Virus record (IMG/VR): IMGVR_UViG_3300036852_000099
Location: 1 to 56,187 of that record
Length of the DNA stretch: 56,187 nucleotides
Strand: one strand, 5' to 3'
Source of the DNA: a virus
Lineage: Duplodnaviria > Caudoviricetes
The translations under genes were made by a program, and so were the position numbers. Below are positions 17,474-27,457 of this stretch, in pieces (positions within the stretch are counted from its first letter, which is position 1; each line of letters opens with the position of its first letter). Under the pieces are notes generated by a model. That model was not told where the DNA came from and searched no databases. It saw nothing but the letters and a program-made list of their open reading frames with translations.

Positions 17474-18848
17474 AGGCATAGTAGCCTTCGCCCATGACGT
17501 GATCGGACTGGACGGGTCAACCAAGAGCAAGACTCTAGCACCCTACCAAGCCGATATCCTCAGCCAGTTCGCACGAGACAAGCGTCTGGCAGTCCGAGGA
17601 TTACACGGCATCGGCAAGACCGCCATCGCATCGTGGGTGGTGCTGTGGGCGCTGTCAGTGTTCGAAGGCGATGTGAAGGTTGTGACCACAGCCAGCGCAT
17701 GGAGGCAGTTAACGCATTACCTCTGGCCGGAGATACGCAAATGGGCGCAGGTCTGCAAGTGGGAGGTCATGGACAATGGGGTACAGATCCGATACGGCAA
17801 GGAACTACTGGAGTACTCGATCAAACTGAACGCCAAAGAAGCCTTCCCTGTTGCGTCGAACAACCCCTCCCTTATTGAGGGTGCGCATGCCTCTACGCTG
17901 GTGTACGTGTTCGATGAGGCGAAGGCGATTCCGGACGAAACGTGGGACTCAGCCGAGGGTGCGTTCTCGACAGGCAACTGCTACGCACTAGCGATATCCA
18001 CACCAGGGGACGCAACTGGTCGATTCTACGACATCCACAGCCGGAAGGCGGGGTATGAGGATTGGGGTATACGGCACGTCACACTAGACGAAGCCATAGC
18101 TGCTGGGCGGGTCGACGCAGATTGGGCAGAAAAGCGGCGGATACAGTGGGGCGAGAACAGTCCGGTGTACCTGAACCGCGTATTAGGCGAGTTCAGTAAG
18201 AACGACCCGCATGCCCTCATCCCGCTGCAGTGGGTGGAGGAGTCCAACAACCTCTGGCATGAGATGGGTGGCAAAGGCAAGAAGGAAGACAGCCTGACAT
18301 ACGGCTTGGACGTTGCGTGGCAGGGCGATGACAAGTCCAGCCTAGCCCGTAAGCGGGGTGTCGTGGTCGAGTCCCTGGAGATGTACGGAAACTACGACCC
18401 GATGGAACTGGCTGGAATGGCCATAGTCCAGATGGCTGGCGATAAGGAGTCCGCCATAGCAGTCGACTCCAACGGCATCGGTGCAGGGGTATACGCACGA
18501 CTGAACGAACTCGGCTACAACGCAGTACCCTGTAACGTGTCCGAGGGTACAGATGAAAGGGACGAGTCTGGCGAGTTAGGGTTCTTCAACCTGCGATCCT
18601 TCATTTGGTGGAGGATGCGCGAGTTGCTCGACCCGAAGAACCCAGACCGCATAGCCCTCCCTCCTGATGATGGTCTTACTGGCGACCTGACTGCTCCGAA
18701 GTGGTCACCGACTAGTAAGGGTCTGATCAGGGTAGAGGGCAAGGAAGACATCAAAAAGCGGCTGAAACGGTCAACCGACTCAGCTGATGCAGTGGGTCTG
18801 GCAATCTACGCGGATATTGAAACACAGGCATGGACGGAGATATGGTAG
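17358..18848 (+). CDS. terL: Terminase large subunit (likely start TTG at 17436)
   Basis: Walker A 'GLHGIGKT', Walker B 'YVFDEA', and nuclease motifs 'GLDVA..GDD' and 'STDSADA'. Confidence 0.93.
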   Translation: MSMTLRYSPESKLTSKQRLGQSLVEGLSPSKHRNYQSPEGIVAFAHDVIGLDGSTKSKTLAPYQADILSQFARDKRLAVRGLHGIGKTAIASWVVLWALSVFEGDVKVVTTASAWRQLTHYLWPEIRKWAQVCKWEVMDNGVQIRYGKELLEYSIKLNAKEAFPVASNNPSLIEGAHASTLVYVFDEAKAIPDETWDSAEGAFSTGNCYALAISTPGDATGRFYDIHSRKAGYEDWGIRHVTLDEAIAAGRVDADWAEKRRIQWGENSPVYLNRVLGEFSKNDPHALIPLQWVEESNNLWHEMGGKGKKEDSLTYGLDVAWQGDDKSSLARKRGVVVESLEMYGNYDPMELAGMAIVQMAGDKESAIAVDSNGIGAGVYARLNELGYNAVPCNVSEGTDERDESGELGFFNLRSFIWWRMRELLDPKNPDRIALPPDDGLTGDLTAPKWSPTSKGLIRVEGKEDIKKRLKRSTDSADAVGLAIYADIETQAWTEIW

Positions 18849-21800
18849 AAAACGCACTGCTACAGCCATCTGCTATCCTCCCCTTCGATCCGGATGCTAT
18901 CACCAGGGCAGTCCAGAACCCTGAAGACGGGGATGGTGAGCGCTACGTCATCATGAACGACGACTTAGTGCCGTATTCAACCTACAGGTCGAGCTTCCAC
19001 ACTGCGTGGGAGCGGTCACTGTCTGGCCTGCAGGTTAGTGAGCAGGCTAAGCAGCAGGCATACGCGATATCCGCTGCAGCATTCGCAGCTACTCAGTACC
19101 GCTGTCTGACCATATCGCAAGTCCCTGGTGTGATAGTCGACCAGTCCAAGAACGATCCGGTGGAGTGGCATCCGCTTATTGGGTTCATGCCCTATATGGG
19201 GAAGCTCATGTGGCAGATCGAAGTGTCGCTGCTGATTTGGGGCGTATGCTACCTCAAGAAGGTGTACAACCGCTACGGCTACCCATCGAGCCTCTGCTGG
19301 GTGCATCCTGAGGATATCACGCCACAAACCGACCAGTACGATGAAGTGTACGAGTACTACGAACGCATGAGCGGCGTGGCCATCAAGCGTCATCAGATGG
19401 TGGAAATTCGGACGTTCGACCCTGACAGGTCACTGCAGGGGAAGTCGGCATATGAAGTCGCCATGTCCCACATCACTACTGAGCGCAATCTCGTGATGCA
19501 TGCTGGGTCGTTCTTCTTTAACTCAGCGCGTCCCGATGGCATCCTGGTTTCGAAGACCCGACTGGATAAGGAGGGTAAGCTCAAGGCCAAGAAGGATTGG
19601 GAGCAGTTCAAAGGGTCTGGTAACGCGTGGCAGACTTTCGTGTCGGGTGGCGATTGGGACTGGATACCCATCACGATTCCACCTGTCGACTTGGCCATGA
19701 CTGAACTGAAGGACGGGTCACAGAAGGACGTATGCGCTATCTTCCGGACTAACGGCGCTCTGATCGGTCTGGCCAGCGTCTCCGACCCGCTATCGGCGGG
19801 GTCTACACTGGCGACAGTTAAGCGGAATCACGTCGAAGCTGTCACCCTGCCAGAGTACAACGACATCGCCCACGACATGAACACGCAGTGGCTCTGGACT
19901 GACTTTGACGAGAAGAACTACTACACCCTGATAGCCAACGAAGCCGACATGCCGATCTTGTCGGATGTGTCAGGGGAAATGTCCACAGTTGCAGTGAACC
20001 TGACTAACCCGCTCAACCCTGTGGTCGACTACGACGAAGCGCGTAAGTTCATGAACCTATCACCCCGCGAGGGGTACATAGGTCGACCACCGGATCAGTC
20101 ACTGGCTATGGTCAACGGTACACTGATCACGGTTAACGAGGGTCGGCAGTTCCTGAGTCTTGAACCGTACCAGATTGACATGCTGAAGACACCAGACGGT
20201 AAGCTGATCCGAGCGTCTGATCTCGGCAAGTACCTGGATGCCACGATGGAACTGATAGTAAGCCCACCTGCTCCCCCAGCCGGAGGCGGATTCGGTGGTG
20301 GGTTCGGTCTGACAGGTGGTCAGCCCATGCTCCCATCCGGTGGACAACCACAGCCACCCACTGCACCGACACCGAATAACCCTTACGACGCATTCCGGCT
20401 TCCACTGTCGAACTCGCGTTCTGGCAGCGGGTGTGCAGTCGTGCTGCAGTTCAGTGGTGATGAGTTGGTGAGGTCTATCCAGACCATCCTCAAGACCCAA
20501 CTGCCAGACAGCATCGCCCATGTCTGGTGTGATCCTAAGGACTTCCACCTTACACTGTACCAGTGCGAGGTATGCTCGATGGCTCAGGAAACCGAGCTAT
20601 ACTCAGCCCTGAATGTGACCAAACCTCTCCCCGTCATGGTGAAGGGTACTACCTCCTTCCAGCAGGACGGGTATATGGTCTTGGTGCTGCAGATCGAACC
20701 ATCCGAAGAGTTAGTGGCGCTGCAGTCGAAGATCTACGAGAAGGCTGAGTCGATTGGGATCACCAGTTCATCGGACTACAGCGAACCGTCGAAGTGGAAG
20801 CCCCACATCACCGTAGCCTACCTTGATCCGGAGACACCCATCGAGGAGTCGTTGTTCAATGTCCAAGTTCAGCCAACCGCCATCGCAGTTACTAAATCGG
20901 AGTACCAGCCTACTTACACCAAAGATATCGCTGCTGCACCTAAAGAGGAAGTGGGTCGAGGACGCAGGTCGAATACACCCTACGTGGAGGTTGCAGTCGA
21001 CTTCGCCAATAACGCCTTCCTTAAGACCGCACAGCGTGTACTGTCTCATTGGGCGGCGACGGAGGGAGGCATAGAGGTCAACTGGTATGACCCAGCCACC
21101 TTGCGTATGCCCCTGATAGAGATGCAGAACCTCACCTCCATGCAGGCGGCACGGGCTATGGAACTGGTGTCCTCGGCTGGTATGGCCAGGGCAGATGTGT
21201 ACACGGGTGAATACGCGATCCGCGACGGTCAAATAGGCGTGGTGGTTGCAGCGACTGATGAGGTCGACAACATCCGTAGTGCAGCGATGCTGCAACTGGA
21301 CGAATTAGCAGATACCTTCCATGCCGAGGGATGGTCACCGTTTGTGCCACTAGGGGCGATCCAGGGCGAGTCCGAGGCTCGGAGTCTATGGGCTTCCGAT
21401 GGTTATCCGCTGGTACTGTCGGCTATTACCATGTACACGGGTACACTGCGTCGTGGGCGCTGGGAGTTGCGCCACAAGACGCAGGTATCAAAGGAACTGG
21501 TCAACTGGCAGCGGGTAGTAGAGCGCAAAGGTCGCGATCACTGGTTCACACCAGAATACGCAGGTCAGCTGGTGTCGGACTTCGTACGGTCAGCCCTGCA
21601 AGACACCGATGCCACTATCGATGAGGTATTCGCACGGGCTAAGGAGATCGAAGAGTCCGGCCTGACCTACGTCGATCCTGATATCGAACCCACACCAGAG
21701 GAGGCGCTGGAGTATTGGCGCAACTACGACGAGGCTAAGGCCGACATAGGGCAGGACTGGTACTCGTACATGACTAGGGTTCTACCGGATATCTTGTCGT

Positions 21801-23284
21801 GGATCAAGACGGAGACCAAGCCATCCTCGGTGACCGAGGTTTTGGCACGACACCACGATAAACTCCGCGACGATTGGGTAGGGACGGAGGAGAATCCTGG
21901 TGCACTGTACTCGGTGGTTCTGGCAGGCATGGCGGCTGGGAACGAGGCACTAGTTAAGGGTGTCAGCATGAACCCTGAAAGCCGCGTTGCAAAGGTCGGT
22001 GTGGCCATCGAGTGGGATCTCCTGTCCACACAGGCTCGTGACTTTGCCAGACAGTACACCTACAAACTCATCAAGGGTATCGACGCGACGACTGCCAGGA
22101 TGGTGCAGGGGATATTCGATGAGTGGACTACTACAGGCAAGCCATTCACGGAACTGGCCAAGGCGCTGGAGGTCGTGTTCAAGGATAAACAACGCGCTGC
22201 ACAGATAGCCCAGACCGAGGGTATACGGGTCTATAACGAGGGCGCATTCAAACGCTGGACGGATGTGGGTGTTAAACGGGCTAAATGGCGCACAGTCCAG
22301 GATGGCATCGTCTGTCGGGTATGCAAGCCACTGAATGGTCAGGTGGCTGACATGAAGACAGGCTGGATCAGCCCATCGCGTAAGGGCGGGTTCAAGACCT
22401 ACACCACCTCAGCCCATAGCGGGTGCAGGTGCTTCCGGACACCAGACACGACGGGCATACTGGAGGATGTTAAACAGGATTACAAGCCCGTAAAGGTCGT
22501 AGCCCCAGCACCACCGCCGATGCAGGTTTCGTCCGAGTTCGTCGCTCCGACACCCGCACGGGTAGCAGGTCTGGATGCCTACCGTGATCTTAACACAGAT
22601 GAGCCGACTGGCCGAATCCGCCAACCTGGAGATCCGGTACTAGGCGAGATTTACAAGCGGAACGGCTACGATGGTAGGCCGAATGTGGTAACGCCAGAGA
22701 CTATCGACCAGCTACGGGCGGATGGTCATAGGATCGTCTATCGTGGTGTCACTGATGCCAAGTTCGCTGAGCAGTTCAGGGACGGGGAGTACTTCCCTGG
22801 TCTAGGGATATACGGCAATGGGACATACACGGCAGTGGGCAGCGATGCCGACAACCACACCGATGCTCTGGACACAGCCCGTGAGTATGCTACCGAGCAG
22901 GGGTACGTGATGCGCATGGCGATCCATAAGGATGCTAAGATCGTCACCCTGAAGGAGATCCAGCAGATGGCGCAGGACGAGCTAGAGGCCTCGGCGGAAA
23001 GAGTACGGCAGGCTAGGAAAGCCGTGTACGCAGTACCCCACGACCACCCTGATGCAGCTGCTCTGGAGGCGACATTCCAGAGTGAGAAGGCCAGGGACAA
23101 CGACGTGCATAGGCTGGTGATGGATGAAGGCAGATATGCCTCCATCATGGGCTACGATGGTGTACTGGTCGAACGCAACTCAGCAGCGGGTCAAGGTATA
23201 GGCGACTACTTGGTGATGCTGAACCGAACCGCCATAGCAGTAGATACGAGAAACTGGAATGGGAAAGTGAGCTATAACGACTAA
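18842..23284 (+). CDS. Fusion of portal, 2H phosphoesterase (two copies, one degenerate), MuF head morphogenesis domain and ART-like C-terminal domain
   Basis: Portal motifs 'LLIWGVCYL' and 'FFFNSARPDGIL'; HxT motifs 'HLTL' and 'HITV'; MuF 'IAQTE...KWRT..D..VC..C...H.GCRC'; C-terminal 'YRG...G.G.YGNGTY...A.EYA...GYDG'. Confidence 0.85.
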   Translation: MVENALLQPSAILPFDPDAITRAVQNPEDGDGERYVIMNDDLVPYSTYRSSFHTAWERSLSGLQVSEQAKQQAYAISAAAFAATQYRCLTISQVPGVIVDQSKNDPVEWHPLIGFMPYMGKLMWQIEVSLLIWGVCYLKKVYNRYGYPSSLCWVHPEDITPQTDQYDEVYEYYERMSGVAIKRHQMVEIRTFDPDRSLQGKSAYEVAMSHITTERNLVMHAGSFFFNSARPDGILVSKTRLDKEGKLKAKKDWEQFKGSGNAWQTFVSGGDWDWIPITIPPVDLAMTELKDGSQKDVCAIFRTNGALIGLASVSDPLSAGSTLATVKRNHVEAVTLPEYNDIAHDMNTQWLWTDFDEKNYYTLIANEADMPILSDVSGEMSTVAVNLTNPLNPVVDYDEARKFMNLSPREGYIGRPPDQSLAMVNGTLITVNEGRQFLSLEPYQIDMLKTPDGKLIRASDLGKYLDATMELIVSPPAPPAGGGFGGGFGLTGGQPMLPSGGQPQPPTAPTPNNPYDAFRLPLSNSRSGSGCAVVLQFSGDELVRSIQTILKTQLPDSIAHVWCDPKDFHLTLYQCEVCSMAQETELYSALNVTKPLPVMVKGTTSFQQDGYMVLVLQIEPSEELVALQSKIYEKAESIGITSSSDYSEPSKWKPHITVAYLDPETPIEESLFNVQVQPTAIAVTKSEYQPTYTKDIAAAPKEEVGRGRRSNTPYVEVAVDFANNAFLKTAQRVLSHWAATEGGIEVNWYDPATLRMPLIEMQNLTSMQAARAMELVSSAGMARADVYTGEYAIRDGQIGVVVAATDEVDNIRSAAMLQLDELADTFHAEGWSPFVPLGAIQGESEARSLWASDGYPLVLSAITMYTGTLRRGRWELRHKTQVSKELVNWQRVVERKGRDHWFTPEYAGQLVSDFVRSALQDTDATIDEVFARAKEIEESGLTYVDPDIEPTPEEALEYWRNYDEAKADIGQDWYSYMTRVLPDILSWIKTETKPSSVTEVLARHHDKLRDDWVGTEENPGALYSVVLAGMAAGNEALVKGVSMNPESRVAKVGVAIEWDLLSTQARDFARQYTYKLIKGIDATTARMVQGIFDEWTTTGKPFTELAKALEVVFKDKQRAAQIAQTEGIRVYNEGAFKRWTDVGVKRAKWRTVQDGIVCRVCKPLNGQVADMKTGWISPSRKGGFKTYTTSAHSGCRCFRTPDTTGILEDVKQDYKPVKVVAPAPPPMQVSSEFVAPTPARVAGLDAYRDLNTDEPTGRIRQPGDPVLGEIYKRNGYDGRPNVVTPETIDQLRADGHRIVYRGVTDAKFAEQFRDGEYFPGLGIYGNGTYTAVGSDADNHTDALDTAREYATEQGYVMRMAIHKDAKIVTLKEIQQMAQDELEASAERVRQARKAVYAVPHDHPDAAALEATFQSEKARDNDVHRLVMDEGRYASIMGYDGVLVERNSAAGQGIGDYLVMLNRTAIAVDTRNWNGKVSYND

Positions 23285-23523
23285 TGAGTATTAATGTGGC
23301 CGAGAGTAGGGAACTAGCCCAGCTGACCAACATGCCAGTGTTCGTGGCCGACGTTGCGCGGGTGAATGCCCTGAGGCAGCAGTCGGAGGAGCACAGCCAG
23401 ATCAGCCAGTTCAGCCCTGAGGTTAGGGCGTGGGTGTTAACTGCCAGACGCGAGATGCAAATGTCCGCTGAGGAACGTAACACCGAACTCGATAAGCACC
23501 TGGAGGCCAGTCGTGGCGAATAA
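23284..23523 (+). CDS. Small protein coupled to the portal-MuF fusion (candidate immunity protein)
   Basis: TAATG coupling; the position matches immunity genes in MuF toxin loci. Confidence 0.5.
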   Translation: MSINVAESRELAQLTNMPVFVADVARVNALRQQSEEHSQISQFSPEVRAWVLTARREMQMSAEERNTELDKHLEASRGE

Positions 23524-23959
23524 GCCCGTAAACTTCAGCTATCGGATGCGGCTGTCGGGTTTCAACGAACTCCGCGAGAAGCTGGACGAGTCGCGTTTCC
23601 AGGTGCTGATGTACGGCCTGCTGGGTAGGCTTGGGGCTATGATGGAGGAAGATTCCAACGGGTATCCTCCTCAACCTAAACCCCGAAACCCACGACGTAA
23701 GGCATACCGGAGGACTGGTCGGTTAGGGGCTAGCCTCACCACAGAGGTTGTGATCGAACCTGAGATCTATGCGGTGAGGCTAGGTTCTAACGTCGTATAC
23801 TCCCCACTTGTGTGGGCATTACCAGACGACGAGCCTATAGGACAGGCGTGGATGCACCAGGGTGTCTGGACTCCACTGGCGACCAGCGTACTGGACAACA
23901 TCGACAAGTATGCTGAATACGCTGAGTCGGAAATCTACCTGTACTTAGAGGGTGGTTGA
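23513..23959 (+). CDS. HK97 gp10-like neck/tail-completion protein
   Basis: 'YRRTGRLGAS...GSNVVYSP'. Confidence 0.6.
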   Translation: MANKPVNFSYRMRLSGFNELREKLDESRFQVLMYGLLGRLGAMMEEDSNGYPPQPKPRNPRRKAYRRTGRLGASLTTEVVIEPEIYAVRLGSNVVYSPLVWALPDDEPIGQAWMHQGVWTPLATSVLDNIDKYAEYAESEIYLYLEGG

Positions 23960-26357
23960 TATGAAGACTAATATCCGTGTACTAGGGTACGCTACCGAGG
24001 CTAACACGATCACCGGACTGATCCGAGGGTACGTGTGTATTTGGGGTAGTCTAACCCACCGTGACAGCTACGGCACATTCTTTGACCGCGCTGCACCACC
24101 CGATATGGCGCTGGACTTCCTACCCCGCCCTATCATGTACGAACACTCAGCAGATGGGTTCGTTCGTAAGGAGATCGTTGGTGCAGTGACCCGCGTCTAC
24201 TTTGACGATGTGGGTGTGGCCTTCGAGGGTCACCTGTACAGGTCGTCACCGTTCTTCCAGAAGATGGTGACTGAAGTCCTGCGTGGAGAGTTGAAGACCT
24301 CCTCCTCCACTGCAGAGCATACCGCTGATTTTGATGAGGATGGTCGATTCCGGACGTGGGTGCTGCATGAACTCAGCCTTACCAAGTACCCCTCCGAGGA
24401 ACTAATGCCTGCAGTTGAGATTGTGAGATCTATACTCGCCCTAGGCGGGTTTAATCTACCCGATGGTACAGGATCGCGAGAAGGGCGGGATGCCCTTAGT
24501 CCACGTGCCAGCGGATTAACCGTTCGAATGACAACTAGGAGTACATCTACCATGCGAACCCTACAGGAACTCCTCGCGGCTATGGCCGCAGGTGAGGAAG
24601 TTGCCCTGGAAGAGTTGATGGCAGCGCTGGCATCGGAATACGGACTGGACGCTGTAGAAGCGGCCATGACGCAGGCATCGCAAGAACCTGCATCCGAGGA
24701 AGCGCCACCTACCGAACTCTCTGATGTGGCTGTCGATGACGCAGTAGCGACTGAAATCCAGACTATCATCACCGAGTTGGAAGCCATCGCAGGTACGGTT
24801 GAGACTGCACCAGAAGTCGACCCTACTGCCCTGTCGGATATCCAGACCCGCATGAAGGCTCTGGCTAGTAAGACTAAGAAACCTTCCACCAAGGTCGAAC
24901 CCAAACGCGGGTCGACCCAAGCAGAGTTGGTTCAGCGTATGCTGCAGACGCTGGCCACGACTCGTTCGAAAGAGCAGCGTAGTAAGCAGGGTGAAGCACC
25001 TGCTGGAGGTCACAATCCCGTGCCAGTCCGAACCAAACCCACTGAACAGACTCAGGTCACCGTGTCTGACCAGTTCCAGCACTTGAATGCAGCGGACATG
25101 GCCTTGGGCTACATGCTGCTGGACAGTGCCAGCAAAGTTCCGAAGAACATGAGGTCAGAGTACCCCGTAGTCTCGGAAGAGTACATGAAGGCGCTGTCCT
25201 ATAAGACCGCGCTGGCCATCAAAGCCGGAGACCCTGTGGCTACCAACTACGCGGTACGCTCCCGCTTCCCTTTCAAGAATCCGGAGGAAGTGTTCCAGTC
25301 GGATGTTAAACGTGCCAACGAGGTAATGAGTGGCGCTAGTGGTCAGGGTGGTGAGTGGATTCACGAACTGCAGGGTACTACCCTGTGGGAGTACATCCGC
25401 CAGGAAACACCCCTGTACCAGCGCATGCTCAGCATGGGCATGGACGAGCAGGAACTCCCGCAGGGGTTCAACTCGGAAAGCATCCCGCTGGAGGGCAGCG
25501 ATCCTACTTGGTACGTGGCAGGCGGGGCGGCAAACGTCGATGCCAACTCTGGCGCGGCTACACCGACCTACGCATCGTCCAAGTTCGGTACTAGTGAGCA
25601 GTCGGTCACAGTGGCTAAGCTCAGCACTGCGATGTTCTTCCAGCGTGAGTTGGAGGAAGACAGCATCATCAACATCGTCCAGGAAGCGAATCGTAAGATC
25701 CGCATTTCCGCCCTGGAACAGATGGAGTACATCCTCCTGAATGGTGACACCGCTGCTGGTGCGAACACCAACATCAACATTATCGATGGCACTCCGGCGG
25801 CAGCACCGTCGAAGCCATCGTACATGCTGCTCAACGGCTTGCTGAAACTGCCATTGGTGACCAACACTGCCAATGCCTACAACATCAGCACCGAGTTTGC
25901 GGACACCGACTTCCTGAGCATGTTGGCGCTGCTCCCTGGTAAATATCGCCAGGATCGTACGAAGTTGCTGTTCATCCTGGACTCGGACACTGCGCTGGCA
26001 GCGGCCAACATCCCGACCTTCAAGACCCGCGACACCTACAACCCAGCCACGCTGGAAGAGGGTACACTGATGAAGGTCTGGAAGATCGACATTATCGAAT
26101 CTGGCCAGATGCCTCTGGCGAATGCCAGCGGGTTTGTGTCGGCTACCCCTGGTAACAACATCTACGGACGTATCGCCCTGGTACGGCCTGATCAGTGGGC
26201 ATCGCGCTGGAAGCGTCGTATCCAGACCGACGTATTCTACGACAGCTATGCGGATTCCACCCGCATCACTGCCCACATGCGGTGGGGTCTGGCTTATCGT
26301 GACAGTGAAGCGGCTGTGGTTGGGTACGGCGTACCGCTGTCCCTGGTCGAAGCCTAG
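23952..26357 (+). CDS. Prohead protease + scaffold + major capsid protein in one ORF
   Basis: N-terminal HK97-type protease ('RGY...DSYG...IMYEH...ELSL...P'), acidic helical linker, and a C-terminal capsid-like region ('ELEEDSIINI...ILLNGD'). Confidence 0.85.
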   Translation: MVDMKTNIRVLGYATEANTITGLIRGYVCIWGSLTHRDSYGTFFDRAAPPDMALDFLPRPIMYEHSADGFVRKEIVGAVTRVYFDDVGVAFEGHLYRSSPFFQKMVTEVLRGELKTSSSTAEHTADFDEDGRFRTWVLHELSLTKYPSEELMPAVEIVRSILALGGFNLPDGTGSREGRDALSPRASGLTVRMTTRSTSTMRTLQELLAAMAAGEEVALEELMAALASEYGLDAVEAAMTQASQEPASEEAPPTELSDVAVDDAVATEIQTIITELEAIAGTVETAPEVDPTALSDIQTRMKALASKTKKPSTKVEPKRGSTQAELVQRMLQTLATTRSKEQRSKQGEAPAGGHNPVPVRTKPTEQTQVTVSDQFQHLNAADMALGYMLLDSASKVPKNMRSEYPVVSEEYMKALSYKTALAIKAGDPVATNYAVRSRFPFKNPEEVFQSDVKRANEVMSGASGQGGEWIHELQGTTLWEYIRQETPLYQRMLSMGMDEQELPQGFNSESIPLEGSDPTWYVAGGAANVDANSGAATPTYASSKFGTSEQSVTVAKLSTAMFFQRELEEDSIINIVQEANRKIRISALEQMEYILLNGDTAAGANTNINIIDGTPAAAPSKPSYMLLNGLLKLPLVTNTANAYNISTEFADTDFLSMLALLPGKYRQDRTKLLFILDSDTALAAANIPTFKTRDTYNPATLEEGTLMKVWKIDIIESGQMPLANASGFVSATPGNNIYGRIALVRPDQWASRWKRRIQTDVFYDSYADSTRITAHMRWGLAYRDSEAAVVGYGVPLSLVEA

Positions 26358-26372
26358 TACAGGAGAACTGAC

Positions 26373-26723
26373 ATGCCCTTAATCCTTAAGAATGGCGCGA
26401 GGGGGAGCATCCGTGCTCCCAAGCGTGAATTCGCGGTCAACGGCGCTATCACCATCAAACGTGGTACGGCTGAACTGACCAAGACGGGCAGCTTGGGTGC
26501 GTATACCCTTGCTGCACCGCTAGCTTCGGATGAGGGGTCTCGGCTGGTAATTCAGGCCATGACCGCCTTCGCCCACACCGTGACCCTCACACCAGGCTTC
26601 GACGGTGCTGGTTCTGGACGCGACGTGGCCACCTTCGGAGGCGCTGTGGGAGACTGCCTATCCCTCCGTGCCTCCGGTGGCAAGTGGATGGTCGAGTCCG
26701 TTCGTAATGTGACCTTCGCCTAA
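26373..26723 (+). CDS. Putative capsid decoration protein
   Basis: Small beta-rich ORF immediately after the capsid gene; strong RBS. Confidence 0.5.
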   Translation: MPLILKNGARGSIRAPKREFAVNGAITIKRGTAELTKTGSLGAYTLAAPLASDEGSRLVIQAMTAFAHTVTLTPGFDGAGSGRDVATFGGAVGDCLSLRASGGKWMVESVRNVTFA

Positions 26724-26787
26724 TAGCGTAGGTCTGATGTTTCTAATATCCGTCTAACAGACCGATTAGTAAGAGGACAACTGACAA

Positions 26788-27450
26788 ATGGCAAAGAAAT
26801 ACACAGTCACTCGCGGCTATCGTGGTAAAGACACTGGAAACCGCTATATTGCCCCTGGTGACTACAACGAAGACGATCCGGCCTTGTTCGGGCTGGGTGA
26901 GTCCCTGGTCGAATTGGGACGGGCGCGTAGTTTTGGTGAACCTGCCACACTCGCCACCATTCCGGTTGACCGTGACTTGTCCGGTAAGCCCATCGAACTG
27001 CACCTGCCAGAAAACCAGCTGGTGACCGATCCGGTGCGGCCTATCTACGACCAGTTCCCGAATAACGCGGATGCCTCGCAGGTGATCCAGCCGTTCGAAT
27101 ACGGGGCAGCTGTTCCAGCGGTTACAGCTGGGAATGAGGGATTGATCGGTGGAAACATCGAGGTCAAGACCGCAGTCGAAGCAGCGGCTGAACTGGAGCA
27201 GGCTCGTGACCTGAAGACGGTGGCAGCGGACGAACGCGCAGCGGCAAAGGCGAACCTGGAAGGAAGCGAAGCGCCTAACACGGGCGGCAAGGTTTCCGAA
27301 GACGAAGGAGCGTCAGCGGTGGACTACGACGACATGAGTCTCGAACTCCTACGGGAGCATGCGGGTGCGCTGCAGTTGGAGCTTAAGGGTAACGAATCCC
27401 GCGCTCAACTGATCAAGAAGATCAAAGATCACGTAGAGCCACTGGAGTAA
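26788..27450 (+). CDS. Virion-associated protein with a C-terminal Rho-N/HEH-like motif
   Basis: 'YDDMSLELLREHAGALQLELKGNESRAQLIKKI'. Confidence 0.55.
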   Translation: MAKKYTVTRGYRGKDTGNRYIAPGDYNEDDPALFGLGESLVELGRARSFGEPATLATIPVDRDLSGKPIELHLPENQLVTDPVRPIYDQFPNNADASQVIQPFEYGAAVPAVTAGNEGLIGGNIEVKTAVEAAAELEQARDLKTVAADERAAAKANLEGSEAPNTGGKVSEDEGASAVDYDDMSLELLREHAGALQLELKGNESRAQLIKKIKDHVEPLE

Positions 27451-27457
27451 TCGAACC

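Noticed and set aside
25155-26276. 373-aa antisense ORF, and similarly 15101..16096 and 196..765
   Set aside because: These are shadow frames of well-supported genes in GC-rich DNA, with no recognisable motifs.
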